A stretch of 64,000 nt of DNA, from the NCBI GenBank assembly GCA_039029275.1, contig JBCCGL010000005.1, positions 209,122-273,121 on the forward strand, read 5' to 3'. Below the pieces are notes generated by a model. The model searched no databases and had not been told where the DNA came from. It saw only the letters and a program-made list of their open reading frames with translations. Each line of letters opens with the position of its first letter. The stretch's first letter is position 1. Source of the stretch: Pseudomonadota bacterium. GTDB lineage: Bacteria > Pseudomonadota > Gammaproteobacteria > JBCCGL01. The translations under genes were made by a program, and so were the position numbers. This document shows, piece after piece, positions 29,377 through 39,987 of the stretch.

Positions 29377-29729
29377 GGGCGATATTCAGCGTTTGATTTT
29401 GGCGTTTCAGAAACGCAGACGGCGGAGACCTCTGGCCAACGCGCCTTGCACCAATCATAAAATGTCCTGGCCAGCTTTTCCGCGGTTGTGTTGTCGTCAC
29501 CAAACACATCGTTTAGATGTCGATGATCAACGTCATCGTTCAAATATTTTTTAAAAACATCCAACTCGCGATAGTCGCGCACAAATCCATGCTCGTTTAG
29601 TTCATTTGCGACAAGCTCGACGGTCACCACATAGTTGTGGCCGTGCATGCGCATGCACGGGTGGTCGTCGGCCAGACCGAAAAGTTGGTGCGAGGCGGAA
29701 AAATGAAATTCCTTGGTAATGCGAAACAC
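29373..29729 (-). CDS. queD: 6-carboxy-5,6,7,8-tetrahydropterin synthase
   Basis: 118 aa. …FSASHQL…HGHNY… is the PTPS/QueD zinc motif. Confidence 0.9.
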   Translation of the reverse strand: MFRITKEFHFSASHQLFGLADDHPCMRMHGHNYVVTVELVANELNEHGFVRDYRELDVFKKYLNDDVDHRHLNDVFGDDNTTAEKLARTFYDWCKARWPEVSAVCVSETPKSNAEYRP

Positions 29730-30439
29730 TACGTGACCCTGTTGCTTTCGTGATCCGCGACTGCCTGCTTCCAGAAATCTGGATCTAGGTACTCGGTTGG
29801 ATCAACAACACCCGCGAGAGAAAATGCCTCGCGCCGCTCCACGCAGGTGCCGCAGCGCCCGCAGTGATCTGCGCCGCCCTTGTAGCACGACCAAGTTTCA
29901 GTGATTGGCACACCAAATTCTTCGGCCTGCCGCGCTATCTCGGTTTTATCGGTGTTTACAAACGGTGCTAATAGATCGACATCGTGAACGCCATCGAGCG
30001 CGAGTTTCTGCATCGCGCGAACGCTGTCGATAAAGTCCGGGCGGCAGTCCGGATAGATAAAGTGATCGCCGCCGTGCACGGCGATGGCGACGGCATCGCA
30101 CGCACGCGCCGCCGCTACGCCAAAGGCAATCGTCAGCATGATTGCGTTGCGATTCGGAACCACGGTCACGCGCATGCTCTCCTCTTCGTAGTGACCGTCC
30201 GGTACGTCGACATCATCGGTGAGGGCTGAACCGCTGAGGCGCTGACCAACATGGCGGATATCGATAATTTCGTGCGGCACGCGCAGGGCGCTGGCACAGC
30301 GCGCGGCATAGTCGAGCTCAACGGTATGGCGTTGCCCGTAGTCGAACGACACGAGCACATTGAGGTCAGTCTCGCGCGCCATTTTGTAGGCGAGAGTGAC
30401 CGAGTCGAGTCCGCCGGAGCAGACGACAAGCGTTTTCAT
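29729..30439 (-). CDS. queC: 7-cyano-7-deazaguanine synthase
   Basis: The PP-loop SGGLDS and the C-terminal zinc cluster CGRCGTC identify QueC. Confidence 0.9.
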   Translation of the reverse strand: MKTLVVCSGGLDSVTLAYKMARETDLNVLVSFDYGQRHTVELDYAARCASALRVPHEIIDIRHVGQRLSGSALTDDVDVPDGHYEEESMRVTVVPNRNAIMLTIAFGVAAARACDAVAIAVHGGDHFIYPDCRPDFIDSVRAMQKLALDGVHDVDLLAPFVNTDKTEIARQAEEFGVPITETWSCYKGGADHCGRCGTCVERREAFSLAGVVDPTEYLDPDFWKQAVADHESNRVT

Positions 30440-30674
30440 GATGTCTCCTCGCCGGCAAAATAGGCCGACGACTCAATTCCTGCCAGAACCGTGATCGGTA
30501 AGGCGTGCGCGGATTTTACATCAAATTGGACAATCCGTTTAACGGTTCGAATTAACCGACGAAGGAACGAATTTCAGACAAGCGGTAATCAGTGTTCCAA
30601 GAATCCGATTTACTCGACAAAAATGACGTTGCAGTATTTGCGTTAATGCTGCAAACAAAAACCGGGGTATCTCC

Positions 30675-30860
30675 ATGTTGAAGTTCGAGCCTGATGAGGT
30701 GTATCAGGACAGCCAAGAAAGCCCAGCCTACGCGTTCGTTTCCGTCAATTTGGGCCAGCGAGGTCAGAGCAATAAGGGGTTACGCATCGCCGTCATTGGC
30801 GACACCACATTTGAGGCTGTCGAACTACGCGAGCATGTTCTCGATAAATTAAACGAGTGA
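30675..30860 (+). CDS. hypothetical small ORF (61 aa)
   Basis: An isolated ORF in a ~430-bp intergenic region. No recognisable family. It may be non-coding. Confidence 0.2.
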   Translation: MLKFEPDEVYQDSQESPAYAFVSVNLGQRGQSNKGLRIAVIGDTTFEAVELREHVLDKLNE

Positions 30861-30868
30861 CTAATCTC

Positions 30869-32080
30869 TTACCTTAACGCTCGCACAAACGGCACTGTGA
30901 AGAGCACACACAGGGCTGCAAATGCGAAACACACATCCCGCATCGAAAACCCCGAATCGAGCATAACACCCACTGTCACCGGGCCAATGGCCGATGCAAA
31001 AACGGTTAGCGCCGTCATCAGTGATTTGATCGCACCGAGGTATTTTGCCCCGTAAAGCTCGGCCCACATGGCGGTTGATCCGGTAAAGTACAAGCCGGTG
31101 TTGAGGCCGAGACAAATCATGTAAGGAATCAGCAGCCAATGCGACTGCGCAGGGCCGACGATTATGAGCGCTGCAACCATCGGCATCAGAAACCACGGCA
31201 TGACTTTTGTTGCGCTAAAGCGGTCGATAATCGGGCCGGAACCAAGCGAAGTTGCGATGGTGACGAAGGCGTACAAGCCGTAATTGCCGGTGACCCATTC
31301 GGCCGACCAACCCTTGTGCTCGGCCAGCGTCAGATGATGAAAGAACAGCGCGGTGCCGATCATCGACGGCAGCATCAGTGCCGGTGTCATCAGGTAAAAA
31401 CGTTTTTCTGCCAGTACCTGTCGACGGGTATAGCCGCTGCTGTCGGGATTGTCGATTGCCTGCCGCTGAAGTTTTGCAGAGTGCGCGATATCTCGATCCG
31501 ACTGGCCGCGCAGTAAGCAAAGCGCGATTGGGATAATCGCCAGCACACCCAGCGCTGTAACCAGATACGCATCGCGCCATCCGAGCGCGGCGATACCGAT
31601 CACGGCGGAGACCGGCAGGATGGCCTCGCCGACCGAAAACCCCATCGATGACACCGCAATCGCCTTGCCGCGATGGCTGTCGAAATACCGCGCCATCGAC
31701 GTTGACCCGGTCAGGCTTGTGAGCCCTTGCCCAAACTGGCGCAGCAGGAAAACAGCGACGACGATAAACCAAACGGAGTTCACCTGACTGATTGCGGTGC
31801 ACGCGACTGCCAGACCCACAAGCGTCGCTACCGCAAACGCGCGCAGGTCTATACGGTCGAGCAGCTGGCCGCTCCAGGGCAAAAGGATAGCGCTGATCAG
31901 GGTTCCGATCATATACAGTGAGCCCCACTCGGTATGGCTTAGGCCAAAGTCAGCGCGAATGCCGGGGCCAAAAATACCAATGAAATAGGTTTGCCCCGCG
32001 CTCGATGTAAAACACATTAAAAAGCCAAACGCCAGAAATCGGGTGTTCGTGCGCGCAAAGTGTACGTAGTCGACTAGCAA
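30869..32080 (-). CDS. MFS-superfamily transporter
   Basis: 12 predicted TM helices with MFS loop 2-3 character. Confidence 0.8.
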   Translation of the reverse strand: MLVDYVHFARTNTRFLAFGFLMCFTSSAGQTYFIGIFGPGIRADFGLSHTEWGSLYMIGTLISAILLPWSGQLLDRIDLRAFAVATLVGLAVACTAISQVNSVWFIVVAVFLLRQFGQGLTSLTGSTSMARYFDSHRGKAIAVSSMGFSVGEAILPVSAVIGIAALGWRDAYLVTALGVLAIIPIALCLLRGQSDRDIAHSAKLQRQAIDNPDSSGYTRRQVLAEKRFYLMTPALMLPSMIGTALFFHHLTLAEHKGWSAEWVTGNYGLYAFVTIATSLGSGPIIDRFSATKVMPWFLMPMVAALIIVGPAQSHWLLIPYMICLGLNTGLYFTGSTAMWAELYGAKYLGAIKSLMTALTVFASAIGPVTVGVMLDSGFSMRDVCFAFAALCVLFTVPFVRALR

Positions 32081-32289
32081 ATCAGTAGGTTCCGGCTCGG
32101 CATTGGGAGGGTCGGCTGCGCGGGGATTGTAGGGGTGCGAAATGCCGAATGGAACTGCTATTTTTAACTCTCACGCGCGCAGTTATTGTGACGGTATACG
32201 TTTTTGGAATAAACATATTCCACACCTGTTTTTACACGTCAGGCCGGTGCTAGAATGCGATTCGCTTTTCAATCGACACAGGATCTTTT

Positions 32290-33456
32290 ATGAGCGCTGA
32301 CGACCAAGATTTCAAAACCCGCGAAGTCCATGCAGGTGTCTCTCCAGACCCTGTTACCGGCGCGATTCTTACTCCTATCTATCAATCGACGACTTACGTG
32401 CAGGAGTCGGTCGATCAATACCTTGAGAAAGGCTTTTCCTATAGCCGTTCGGGCAATCCAACCGTTGTCGCGCTGGAAAACAAAATAACCGCGCTCGAGG
32501 GCGGCGTGGGGAGCCTGTGTTTCGCTACCGGCATGGCGGCGACCAGCTGCACGCTGGTAGGGATGGTAGGGACGGGTGATCATGTGATCCTGTCTGATGT
32601 GGTTTACGGCGGCACGCACCGCGTCAGCACCAAAGTGTTGAATCGCTGGGGGCTGGAAGTGACGTTTGTGGACACCTCAGACGCGGCGAACGTCAAAAAT
32701 GCGATTCAATCCAATACCAAACTGATCTTCACAGAGACACCCGCCAACCCCACGCTGAAGCTGACCGATATTGCCGCAGTTTCAGAAGTCGCCAAAGCGG
32801 CGGGGATTCCGCATGTGGTCGACAACACGTTCCTGACGCCGTACTACCAGCGACCGCTCGAACTCGGTGCAGACATCACTCTGCACAGCACAACCAAGTT
32901 TATGGAAGGCCACAATATTAGCGTGGGCGGTTCGATAAGCTGCGCGAATCAGGAACATCTGGAAAAAATTATGTTCGTGCGCAACTGTCTCGGCTCGAAC
33001 ATGTCGCCGCAGGTTGCGTTCTACACCCTGCAAGGCTGCAAAACCATGAGCACCCGCCTCGAAGCGCAATCTGCGAATGCGCTTGAAGTCGCGCGATTTC
33101 TGGAAACGCACGACATGGTCGAGCGCGTCGCCTATCCCGGTCTTGATTCCTTTGCGCAAAAAGAACTGGCAGACCGACAAGCCAGCGGGCATGGTTCGAT
33201 GCTGTGGTTCGAAGTGAAAGGTGGTGTTGCATCGGGCAAAAAACTGATGGATACCCTGCAGCTATGGAGCCTCGCGGAGAACCTCGGTTCGGTCGAGTCA
33301 CTGGTCACCCATTCGGTTACCATGACCCACGCCGACATGCCGCGTGAGGAGCGCATGGCGGCAGGGATCACCGATGGATTGGTGCGATTGTCCGCCGGCC
33401 TTGAATCCGCCGATGATCTAATTGCCGATCTCAAACAGGCGCTTGACGGTTTGTAA
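32290..33456 (+). CDS. Cys/Met-metabolism PLP-dependent enzyme (cystathionine beta-lyase/gamma-synthase family)
   Basis: 388 aa. The PLP-lysine block …HSTTKFMEGH… and …YSRSGNPT… are diagnostic of the trans-sulfuration family. Confidence 0.8.
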   Translation: MSADDQDFKTREVHAGVSPDPVTGAILTPIYQSTTYVQESVDQYLEKGFSYSRSGNPTVVALENKITALEGGVGSLCFATGMAATSCTLVGMVGTGDHVILSDVVYGGTHRVSTKVLNRWGLEVTFVDTSDAANVKNAIQSNTKLIFTETPANPTLKLTDIAAVSEVAKAAGIPHVVDNTFLTPYYQRPLELGADITLHSTTKFMEGHNISVGGSISCANQEHLEKIMFVRNCLGSNMSPQVAFYTLQGCKTMSTRLEAQSANALEVARFLETHDMVERVAYPGLDSFAQKELADRQASGHGSMLWFEVKGGVASGKKLMDTLQLWSLAENLGSVESLVTHSVTMTHADMPREERMAAGITDGLVRLSAGLESADDLIADLKQALDGL

Positions 33457-33629
33457 TCGGTGAAATTTCCGGGTATCGAAATTTTTCCGCTTCTTATTTC
33501 CAAAGGTTCTGTCGAGCCGGGCTCTGACTATCGCCAACACACCGTTTAGTGCGGTTAACAGCGATTCTGGAGCGTTGCGTTGCTGCCGCTTGCGTGACGA
33601 GCGCGGGCCTAATCTACGCCAAGAGCCCG

Positions 33630-34496
33630 TTATAAAGCCGAGAGCAATGCGTGGATCAGGGGATTCTGGCTGTCGGCGTCATGCGTCACGATCGAGAAGC
33701 GTCGGCTGAGATCCATCGGCGATCTCAGGACAACAAACTCCCCTGAATTCACTTCCTCGGTAATCGACAAACTGGAAAGGCAGCCGATCCCCAGGCCCGA
33801 TTTGACGGACTGTTTGATCGCGTCCTGCCGCTCCAGGATCAGCGACGAACGCACTTGACCTCCCAGGCGTTGTAGCTCGACTTCGAAAACCGTGCGCGTT
33901 CCAGAGCCCGGTTCGCGCAGTATCCAACGGTGTTGACCGATTTCATCGACGTCGATAACACCCGCTTTTGCCAGCGGGTAGTCGGCGTGACAAAACAATA
34001 CCAGGCTATCCTCGCGCCAGGGCTGCATATGCAGCTCGGTCGGTGGGCATGGACCTTCAATAAATCCGATCAGCGCCTGACCTCTCTCGAGTGTTTGTAT
34101 GACCGATTGGGTATTCGTGATGGCGATGTGCGGTGAAATATCCGGGTATTTTTGCAGCAGCCTCGCGACCGCCCCGGGAAGGATATAGGAAGCGATTGTC
34201 AGGCTCGCCGCGATACGTAAAGCGCCACGAAGCGACATCACGTTGGGGTTTTTAAGCGTATCGACGACGCCCAGAATTTGCCGAATCTTGGGCAAGACAC
34301 TGTTGCCGTCGTCGGTTATTTTCAGTTCTCTTCCCTCTCGAGTGAAAAGGCGGTAGTCCAAAATCTGTTCCAATTCCCGCAGCGATTGACTCGCAGCTGA
34401 TTGGCTTAGCGATTGCTCTTCCGCAGCCTGTGTCAGTCTCCCGAGTCGGGCTGTGGCTTCAAAAATCCGGAGCTGCCGGGTTGTTACGTTAATCAT
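33630..34496 (-). CDS. LysR-family transcriptional regulator
   Basis: The N-terminal HTH …TRQLRIFEATARLGRLTQAAEEQSLSQSAASQSLRELE… is a LysR signature. It is divergent from a YeiH-family gene (a YeiE/YeiH-like arrangement). Confidence 0.85.
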   Translation of the reverse strand: MINVTTRQLRIFEATARLGRLTQAAEEQSLSQSAASQSLRELEQILDYRLFTREGRELKITDDGNSVLPKIRQILGVVDTLKNPNVMSLRGALRIAASLTIASYILPGAVARLLQKYPDISPHIAITNTQSVIQTLERGQALIGFIEGPCPPTELHMQPWREDSLVLFCHADYPLAKAGVIDVDEIGQHRWILREPGSGTRTVFEVELQRLGGQVRSSLILERQDAIKQSVKSGLGIGCLSSLSITEEVNSGEFVVLRSPMDLSRRFSIVTHDADSQNPLIHALLSAL

Positions 34497-34595
34497 TCGG
34501 TTTTACTTATGAATCTGATGAATAATATCCATTATATTTATATAACGAACTGATTAAAAATTCCCGCACATTTTTGATTCTGGCAGCGCTGAACT

Positions 34596-35579
34596 GTGCC
34601 GAGTTTTGTAATCTTGCCTTTGATCGCTTTGACGGCGATGTGGCTGTCCCGATTTCCGGAGGTGGCGAGTGTAGGGCTAAGCCCCTTACCGCTGGCGATT
34701 CTGCTGGGGATTGTTTGGGGACACGTAAATTGGCGTCCCGCAACTGATCGAGAACACGCCTTCTCTTTGTTTTGTCAGCAGAAGTGCCTGCGCGCAGGGA
34801 TAATTTTGCTCGGTTTAAGCTTGAGCTTTCAGCAAATTCTCGGCGTAGGCTGGGAAACCGTATTACTCAATTGCATTGTCATCGTATCGGTGATCGGTTT
34901 GGGAGTATTAGTCGGTCTCCGCTTGTTGGGATTGCCACGTGATCTGGCCATATTGATTTCAACCGGGAGCGCCATTTGCGGTGCAGCAGCGGTTTTGGCC
35001 ACCGATTCTTCACTGAAATCGCAACAACAATATGTCACGGTTTCAATCGCCACAGTTGTGCTGTTCGGCACGCTTGCAATGTTCTTTTATCCGCTCGTTT
35101 ACCCCTACGCAGGAATGGATGAACAGGCATTTGGTATTTACATCGGCAGTACCGTGCACGAAGTGGCACAGGCCGTGGCGGCGGGCGACTTGATCAGCCC
35201 GGAAGCGTTGCATACCGCCGTCGTCACCAAGCTGATTCGTGTCATGTTACTCGCACCTTTTATCATAATGCTGGGCTTCTGGCTCAGCAGACAATCGGCG
35301 ACTGAAGGTTCAACAACCCGGAATATCGTGATTCCATGGTTTGTATTGGGTTTTATCGCGATGGCGGCGGTGAACTCGTTTTGGGTTTTGCCTTCAGGCG
35401 TCACTGAAGTTGCGAACAAATCAAGCCAATTTCTATTAGCTCTGGCGATGGCTGCGCTCGGCACCAAAACACACTGGCACTTGATTAAAAACGCCGGCGG
35501 CAAACCGCTACTGCTGGCTTTCATTTTGTTTACGTTTTTAATCGCCGGCGGATATGTCTTAAATACGCTTATTTTCTGA
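34596..35579 (+). CDS. YeiH/UPF0324-family membrane protein (putative sulfate exporter family)
   Basis: About ten TM helices and the conserved …ISTGSAICGAAAV… block. It is paired with a divergent LysR gene. Confidence 0.8.
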   Translation: MPSFVILPLIALTAMWLSRFPEVASVGLSPLPLAILLGIVWGHVNWRPATDREHAFSLFCQQKCLRAGIILLGLSLSFQQILGVGWETVLLNCIVIVSVIGLGVLVGLRLLGLPRDLAILISTGSAICGAAAVLATDSSLKSQQQYVTVSIATVVLFGTLAMFFYPLVYPYAGMDEQAFGIYIGSTVHEVAQAVAAGDLISPEALHTAVVTKLIRVMLLAPFIIMLGFWLSRQSATEGSTTRNIVIPWFVLGFIAMAAVNSFWVLPSGVTEVANKSSQFLLALAMAALGTKTHWHLIKNAGGKPLLLAFILFTFLIAGGYVLNTLIF

Positions 35580-35693
35580 TTTTTTTTACCGCTGATCTCG
35601 CGCACGGTGCATCTTTTTGCGCTTACATCCGCCGCCGCCTTGAACTAAAATTCGCGCTTTTCCGAAACAAACAAGCAGTCGGCACAAGATAAA

Positions 35694-36581
35694 TTGACGA
35701 GCGTCAGCGACCCAGATCAGCGCAAGCATAATCTGACCGGCAGTCTTTGGATGATCGGTTCGATGGCGGGTTTCGCTATCGAAGATTCGTTGATCAAACT
35801 TGCGACGAGATCGATCCCGATTGGCGAAGTCCTGATTCTTTTTGGCCTTGGGGGCATGCTGATTTATTCGGGCATTTTGCGGTTCAAGGGTGAATCGGTT
35901 TTTCACCCCGATGTGTTGTCTCGCCCAATGATCATCCGCTTTGGATTCGAGATAACCGGTCGGCTGTTTTACACCCTCGCGATCGCACTGATCCCCTTAT
36001 CGGTGGCCACGGTTATCTTGCAAGCCACGCCGCTTGTTGTGGTCGCCTGCGCTGTAGTCGTGTTTGGAGAAAAGGTGGGCTGGCGCAGGTGGGCAGCCAT
36101 TTTCATCGGGCTCGTTGGTGTAATTGTAATCGTCCAACCGGGCGCAGGCGGGTTCTCGAATTTAACGGTACTCGCCATCGTCGGCATGCTCGGATTCGCC
36201 GGGCGAGATCTGGCCAGCAGGATTGCGCCCAGAACGATTAGCACAGCTCACCTTGGCGTTTACGGATTTCTGGCGATTGTCGTCGCGGGAATTGTTTACT
36301 CCATTTGGGCCAACACGCCACTGGTTATGCCAGACGGAAAAACCGCTTTGTTTGTTATCGGCGCAACTGTCTTCGGTGTGTTCGGTTATTCCTGTTTGAT
36401 GAAAGCAATGAAAACCGGAGAGGTTTCAGCGGTCACGCCGTTTCGCTATACCCGATTACTTTTTGGCGTAGCGTTGGGCTTGCTGCTGTTTGGTGAGTCT
36501 TTAACGCCGGCGATGGTTTTTGGCTCTATTCTCATTGTGGTATCCGGCCTGTTCATCGTTTGGCGAGGTAAACGCGTATAA
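35694..36581 (+). CDS. DMT-superfamily (EamA-like) transporter
   Basis: Two EamA repeats with ten TM helices. Confidence 0.75.
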   Translation: MTSVSDPDQRKHNLTGSLWMIGSMAGFAIEDSLIKLATRSIPIGEVLILFGLGGMLIYSGILRFKGESVFHPDVLSRPMIIRFGFEITGRLFYTLAIALIPLSVATVILQATPLVVVACAVVVFGEKVGWRRWAAIFIGLVGVIVIVQPGAGGFSNLTVLAIVGMLGFAGRDLASRIAPRTISTAHLGVYGFLAIVVAGIVYSIWANTPLVMPDGKTALFVIGATVFGVFGYSCLMKAMKTGEVSAVTPFRYTRLLFGVALGLLLFGESLTPAMVFGSILIVVSGLFIVWRGKRV

Positions 36582-36770
36582 CAAGTTCGCTGACCAAAAC
36601 TGCTCGCGGCTTGCATGACGGTTCCGGTCTGCTCAAAGGTGCATTTAACCCGCGAATACGGGATAATCGCGCGTCTTTTGCGGCACGCCATGAGTCCCGC
36701 ATTGCCACGACCACCATAGATTAACCCGACGGTTCACGAACACCGGTTGGTATAAATAACGAGCAAAAAA

Positions 36771-37976
36771 ATGAACGCAGAATCCGCCACCGCCGAAGTG
36801 GTCGACTACGACGTCAAGACTAAAAAACACGGGTTTGCGACCCGCGCGATTCACGCTGGGCAGCAACCCGACCCGACCACAGGCGCCATCATGACGCCGA
36901 TCTATCTCAGCTCAACCTATGTGCAGGAGAGCCCCGGAGTCGACAAGGGATACGATTACAGTCGCGGCACTAATCCGACGCGGCAGGCATTTGAGGCGTG
37001 TATCGCCAGCCTTGAAAATGGAGCCGCCGGCATTGCCTTTGCCTCTGGCGTCGCCGCGAGCAGCGCGGTACTGGATTTGTTAGACACTGATTCGCATATC
37101 GTCGCAATGGACGATTTGTACGGCGGCTCGCATCGTTTGTTCGAGCGTGTGCGCTCACGCACGGCTGGCATGCAAACGAGTTTCGTCGACATGTCGAATC
37201 TGGATGCCGTCGAAAGCGCGATTCAACCGAACACAAAAATGATCTGGCTGGAAACGCCCAGCAACCCATTGCTTAAAATCGCCGACCTGAATGCGATTGC
37301 GAGCATCGCCAAAAAGCACGACGTAATTGCAGTCTGCGACAACACGTTTGCGTCACCTTATCTGCAAAATCCCATCGATTTTGGTTTTGACATTGTGCTG
37401 CACTCAGTCACCAAATACATCAACGGCCACTCCGACATCGTCGGCGGCATTGTGGTTGTGCGCGACGATCCCGAATTGATTGAAAAAATGCAGTTTTTTC
37501 AATACGCGGTTGGCGGCATCGCCGGTAGCTTCGACGCGTTTTTAGCCATGCGCGGCGTTAAAACGCTGCCGCTTCGCATGAAGGCGCATTGTGAAAACGC
37601 GCAGGCAATCGCGGAATTTCTTGAAGCGCACCCGAAAGTGGATCGCGTGTACTACCCTGGCCTTGAGTCACACCCCCAGCACGCACTCGCGGCGCAACAA
37701 ATGCGCGGGTTCGGTGGCATGGTTACCATGGTTCTTAAAGGCGGATTGCAGGAGTCGCGGCGCTTTCTCGATCACTGCGAATTGTTTGCGTTGGCTGAAA
37801 GCCTGGGCGGAGTCGAAAGCTTGATCGAACTGCCCGCGCTGATGACACACGCGTCGCTGCCCCCCGAATCGCGCAAAGCGCTGGGCATCGACGACTCACT
37901 GGTACGCTTGTCGGTTGGCGTCGAAGACGTCGATGACCTTATTGCCGAACTCGATTATGCCCTGTCGCAAGCGTGA
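36771..37976 (+). CDS. Cys/Met-metabolism PLP-dependent enzyme (cystathionine gamma-synthase/lyase or O-acylhomoserine sulfhydrylase family)
   Basis: 401 aa. …YSRGTNPTR… and the PLP-lysine block …HSVTKYINGHSD… identify the family. Confidence 0.8.
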   Translation: MNAESATAEVVDYDVKTKKHGFATRAIHAGQQPDPTTGAIMTPIYLSSTYVQESPGVDKGYDYSRGTNPTRQAFEACIASLENGAAGIAFASGVAASSAVLDLLDTDSHIVAMDDLYGGSHRLFERVRSRTAGMQTSFVDMSNLDAVESAIQPNTKMIWLETPSNPLLKIADLNAIASIAKKHDVIAVCDNTFASPYLQNPIDFGFDIVLHSVTKYINGHSDIVGGIVVVRDDPELIEKMQFFQYAVGGIAGSFDAFLAMRGVKTLPLRMKAHCENAQAIAEFLEAHPKVDRVYYPGLESHPQHALAAQQMRGFGGMVTMVLKGGLQESRRFLDHCELFALAESLGGVESLIELPALMTHASLPPESRKALGIDDSLVRLSVGVEDVDDLIAELDYALSQA

Positions 37977-38072
37977 AGAAACTGGACATTTGACTTAGGG
38001 CAATCGCGCATTCAACATCGGGGACTGCACTAAACGACCTTCGATTCCTGTGAGTCTCGGCAGTTTATTATT

Positions 38073-38516
38073 TTGAGAAAAGCACGCGCTATTGGCATCA
38101 ACCATATCGCCCTTGAAGTTGGCGATATCGACGAAGCGCTCGAATTCTATAGTCAGCTGTTTGACTTCGAACTTCGCGGTCGCAGCGAAACGATGGCGTT
38201 TATTGATCTCGGTGACCAGTTCCTGAATTTTTCAAGGGGACGCAAGCAGTCGCCTGACGACGAACGTCATTTCGGGTTTGTCGTCGATGATCGACAACTG
38301 GTGCTCGACAAGCTCGACAACCTGGGGATCGATCTCTTGCCCGGGCCGTTCAAAGATTTTCTCGATCCATGGGGAAACAGAATCGAACTCGTTGACTACA
38401 ACGATATTCAGTTCACCAAGGCCCGTCATGTTTTGAGGGGTATGGGACTCGGTGATCTCAAAAAGACACAGGAAGCGATCGACGAGCTAACCGAAAAAGG
38501 CATGGCGCCGGATTAA
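38073..38516 (+). CDS. VOC-family (glyoxalase/bleomycin-resistance/dioxygenase-fold) protein
   Basis: …INHIALEVGDIDEALEFY… and …DPWGNRIEL… are VOC beta-alpha-beta-beta-beta motifs. Confidence 0.7.
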   Translation: MRKARAIGINHIALEVGDIDEALEFYSQLFDFELRGRSETMAFIDLGDQFLNFSRGRKQSPDDERHFGFVVDDRQLVLDKLDNLGIDLLPGPFKDFLDPWGNRIELVDYNDIQFTKARHVLRGMGLGDLKKTQEAIDELTEKGMAPD

Positions 38517-38547
38517 ATGCCCAACCCATCGAAGTCGAGTGCACGCC

Positions 38548-39942
38548 TTACGCGGATAACGAATTTGCGTAATACGCGAGGATGCTTTTGGATTCGTCCG
38601 GGACTGTGTAACGCCCGTCCTCATCGCAATCGACGATATGCCTGAACACCAGCATCTCCAACGCTGTTGCCAAACTAAAGTGTTGCGTGGTTTGTGGAAT
38701 CCCGATCACGGCACCGTTGGATTCGGATTCACTGACGATTGATTTTGCGTGAGTGAGCAACGCATCTTCAGACGCCGGATATTCGCTTGTTTGCAGAAGC
38801 GCACGCGCAACGACGGCAACAGGCAGCACCGGAATCAAACCGCGCAGATCATCGAGCAAGGCGTTCGCGAGCGGCTCAACATCTTTTAGTCCTCTGCCCG
38901 CATCGACTAATTCAGGATGACTATTCAGGTAGTCGCGCATTGAAATTGGTCGACCGAATGCGGCGCTGGCGTACCCAAGCCGACGCCAGCGACTGCCGAT
39001 CATCAAACGAATATTTTTAAGCACAAAAACTATTGTTGTTTTGATCGCAAACCATGCCGAACGTCGCTCGGCGTTTTCATCCAGCCCGCGCAGCAATGTG
39101 CGATCCTCGAGCGTGCGATCATAATTGATGCCCACCGGAACGAGCACGACATCACGATCGCGTTGCGGGACGAAATCACGCAGCATGTACCCAAGAAAAC
39201 CGAGCTTCGGTGGACGCAACTTTCCGTCTTTGCTGAGGCCGCCTTCGATGAATACGGCCTGACAAACGCCCTCGCGCGACGCCATATTCACGTAGCGCTC
39301 CAGCACTTTACGATACAGCGAGTTACGCGAATTGCGCCGCACGAAAAATCCCCCCATCGATTTCACCAGCGTTTGCAGGGGCCAGATACGCGCCCACTCG
39401 CCAACCGCATAAGACAACGCGGTGCGCTCGGCGACCAAACAGGACACGAGCACGTAATCCATATTACTGCGGTGATTCATCACGAACACGACGGTTGCAT
39501 CTGGATCGATCTCGGCAAAACGTTTGTCGTCGAGCTGTGCAATACGCACCCGATAAAGCCGCTGCGCTATACCGCGCGCAAACCAATAGCCCAAGCGAAA
39601 ATACATATACGCGTTGAACGCGGGAACGATTTCGCGCGCGTAGCGGCTGACTTTTGTGCGCAGGACTTCGCGCGCTTCACCGCTGGATTGTGCCTCCTCA
39701 TTGATCGCCGCGATGACTTCCGGGTCGTGAACGAGGCGGTCAATCAAGGTTTGGCGACGCGTGAGTTGAAACGGACGCAGCTCGATTTGCAGACGTGTGT
39801 TGACGTCTTCTATAACGCGACTGACTCGACGACGCAGGATGATGCGAATGCTTGGCAAGAGTAACCAGCTGACGCTGGCGACCAGTGCTATCAGAACCAG
39901 CGCGGTAAACAGCCAGATTGGAATGGTGATGGTTTCCGCCAC
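38548..39942 (-). CDS. PlsB-like glycerol-3-phosphate/lysophospholipid acyltransferase-family protein
   Basis: An N-terminal TM helix, the HxxxxD acyltransferase motif (VMNHRSNMDY) and the …GGFFVRR… block resemble the PlsB catalytic core. At 464 aa it is much shorter than PlsB. Confidence 0.65.
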   Translation of the reverse strand: MAETITIPIWLFTALVLIALVASVSWLLLPSIRIILRRRVSRVIEDVNTRLQIELRPFQLTRRQTLIDRLVHDPEVIAAINEEAQSSGEAREVLRTKVSRYAREIVPAFNAYMYFRLGYWFARGIAQRLYRVRIAQLDDKRFAEIDPDATVVFVMNHRSNMDYVLVSCLVAERTALSYAVGEWARIWPLQTLVKSMGGFFVRRNSRNSLYRKVLERYVNMASREGVCQAVFIEGGLSKDGKLRPPKLGFLGYMLRDFVPQRDRDVVLVPVGINYDRTLEDRTLLRGLDENAERRSAWFAIKTTIVFVLKNIRLMIGSRWRRLGYASAAFGRPISMRDYLNSHPELVDAGRGLKDVEPLANALLDDLRGLIPVLPVAVVARALLQTSEYPASEDALLTHAKSIVSESESNGAVIGIPQTTQHFSLATALEMLVFRHIVDCDEDGRYTVPDESKSILAYYANSLSA

Positions 39943-39987
39943 GCTAGCTCGCCGTTGTAATTCTCATCGGCAGAATAGCGGATTTTG

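Noticed and set aside
30440-30674. Possible preQ1 riboswitch in the queC leader
   Set aside because: The leader lacks the preQ1-I hairpin plus A-rich tail or the preQ1-II pseudoknot consensus. Proteobacterial que operons often lack riboswitches. Not claimed.
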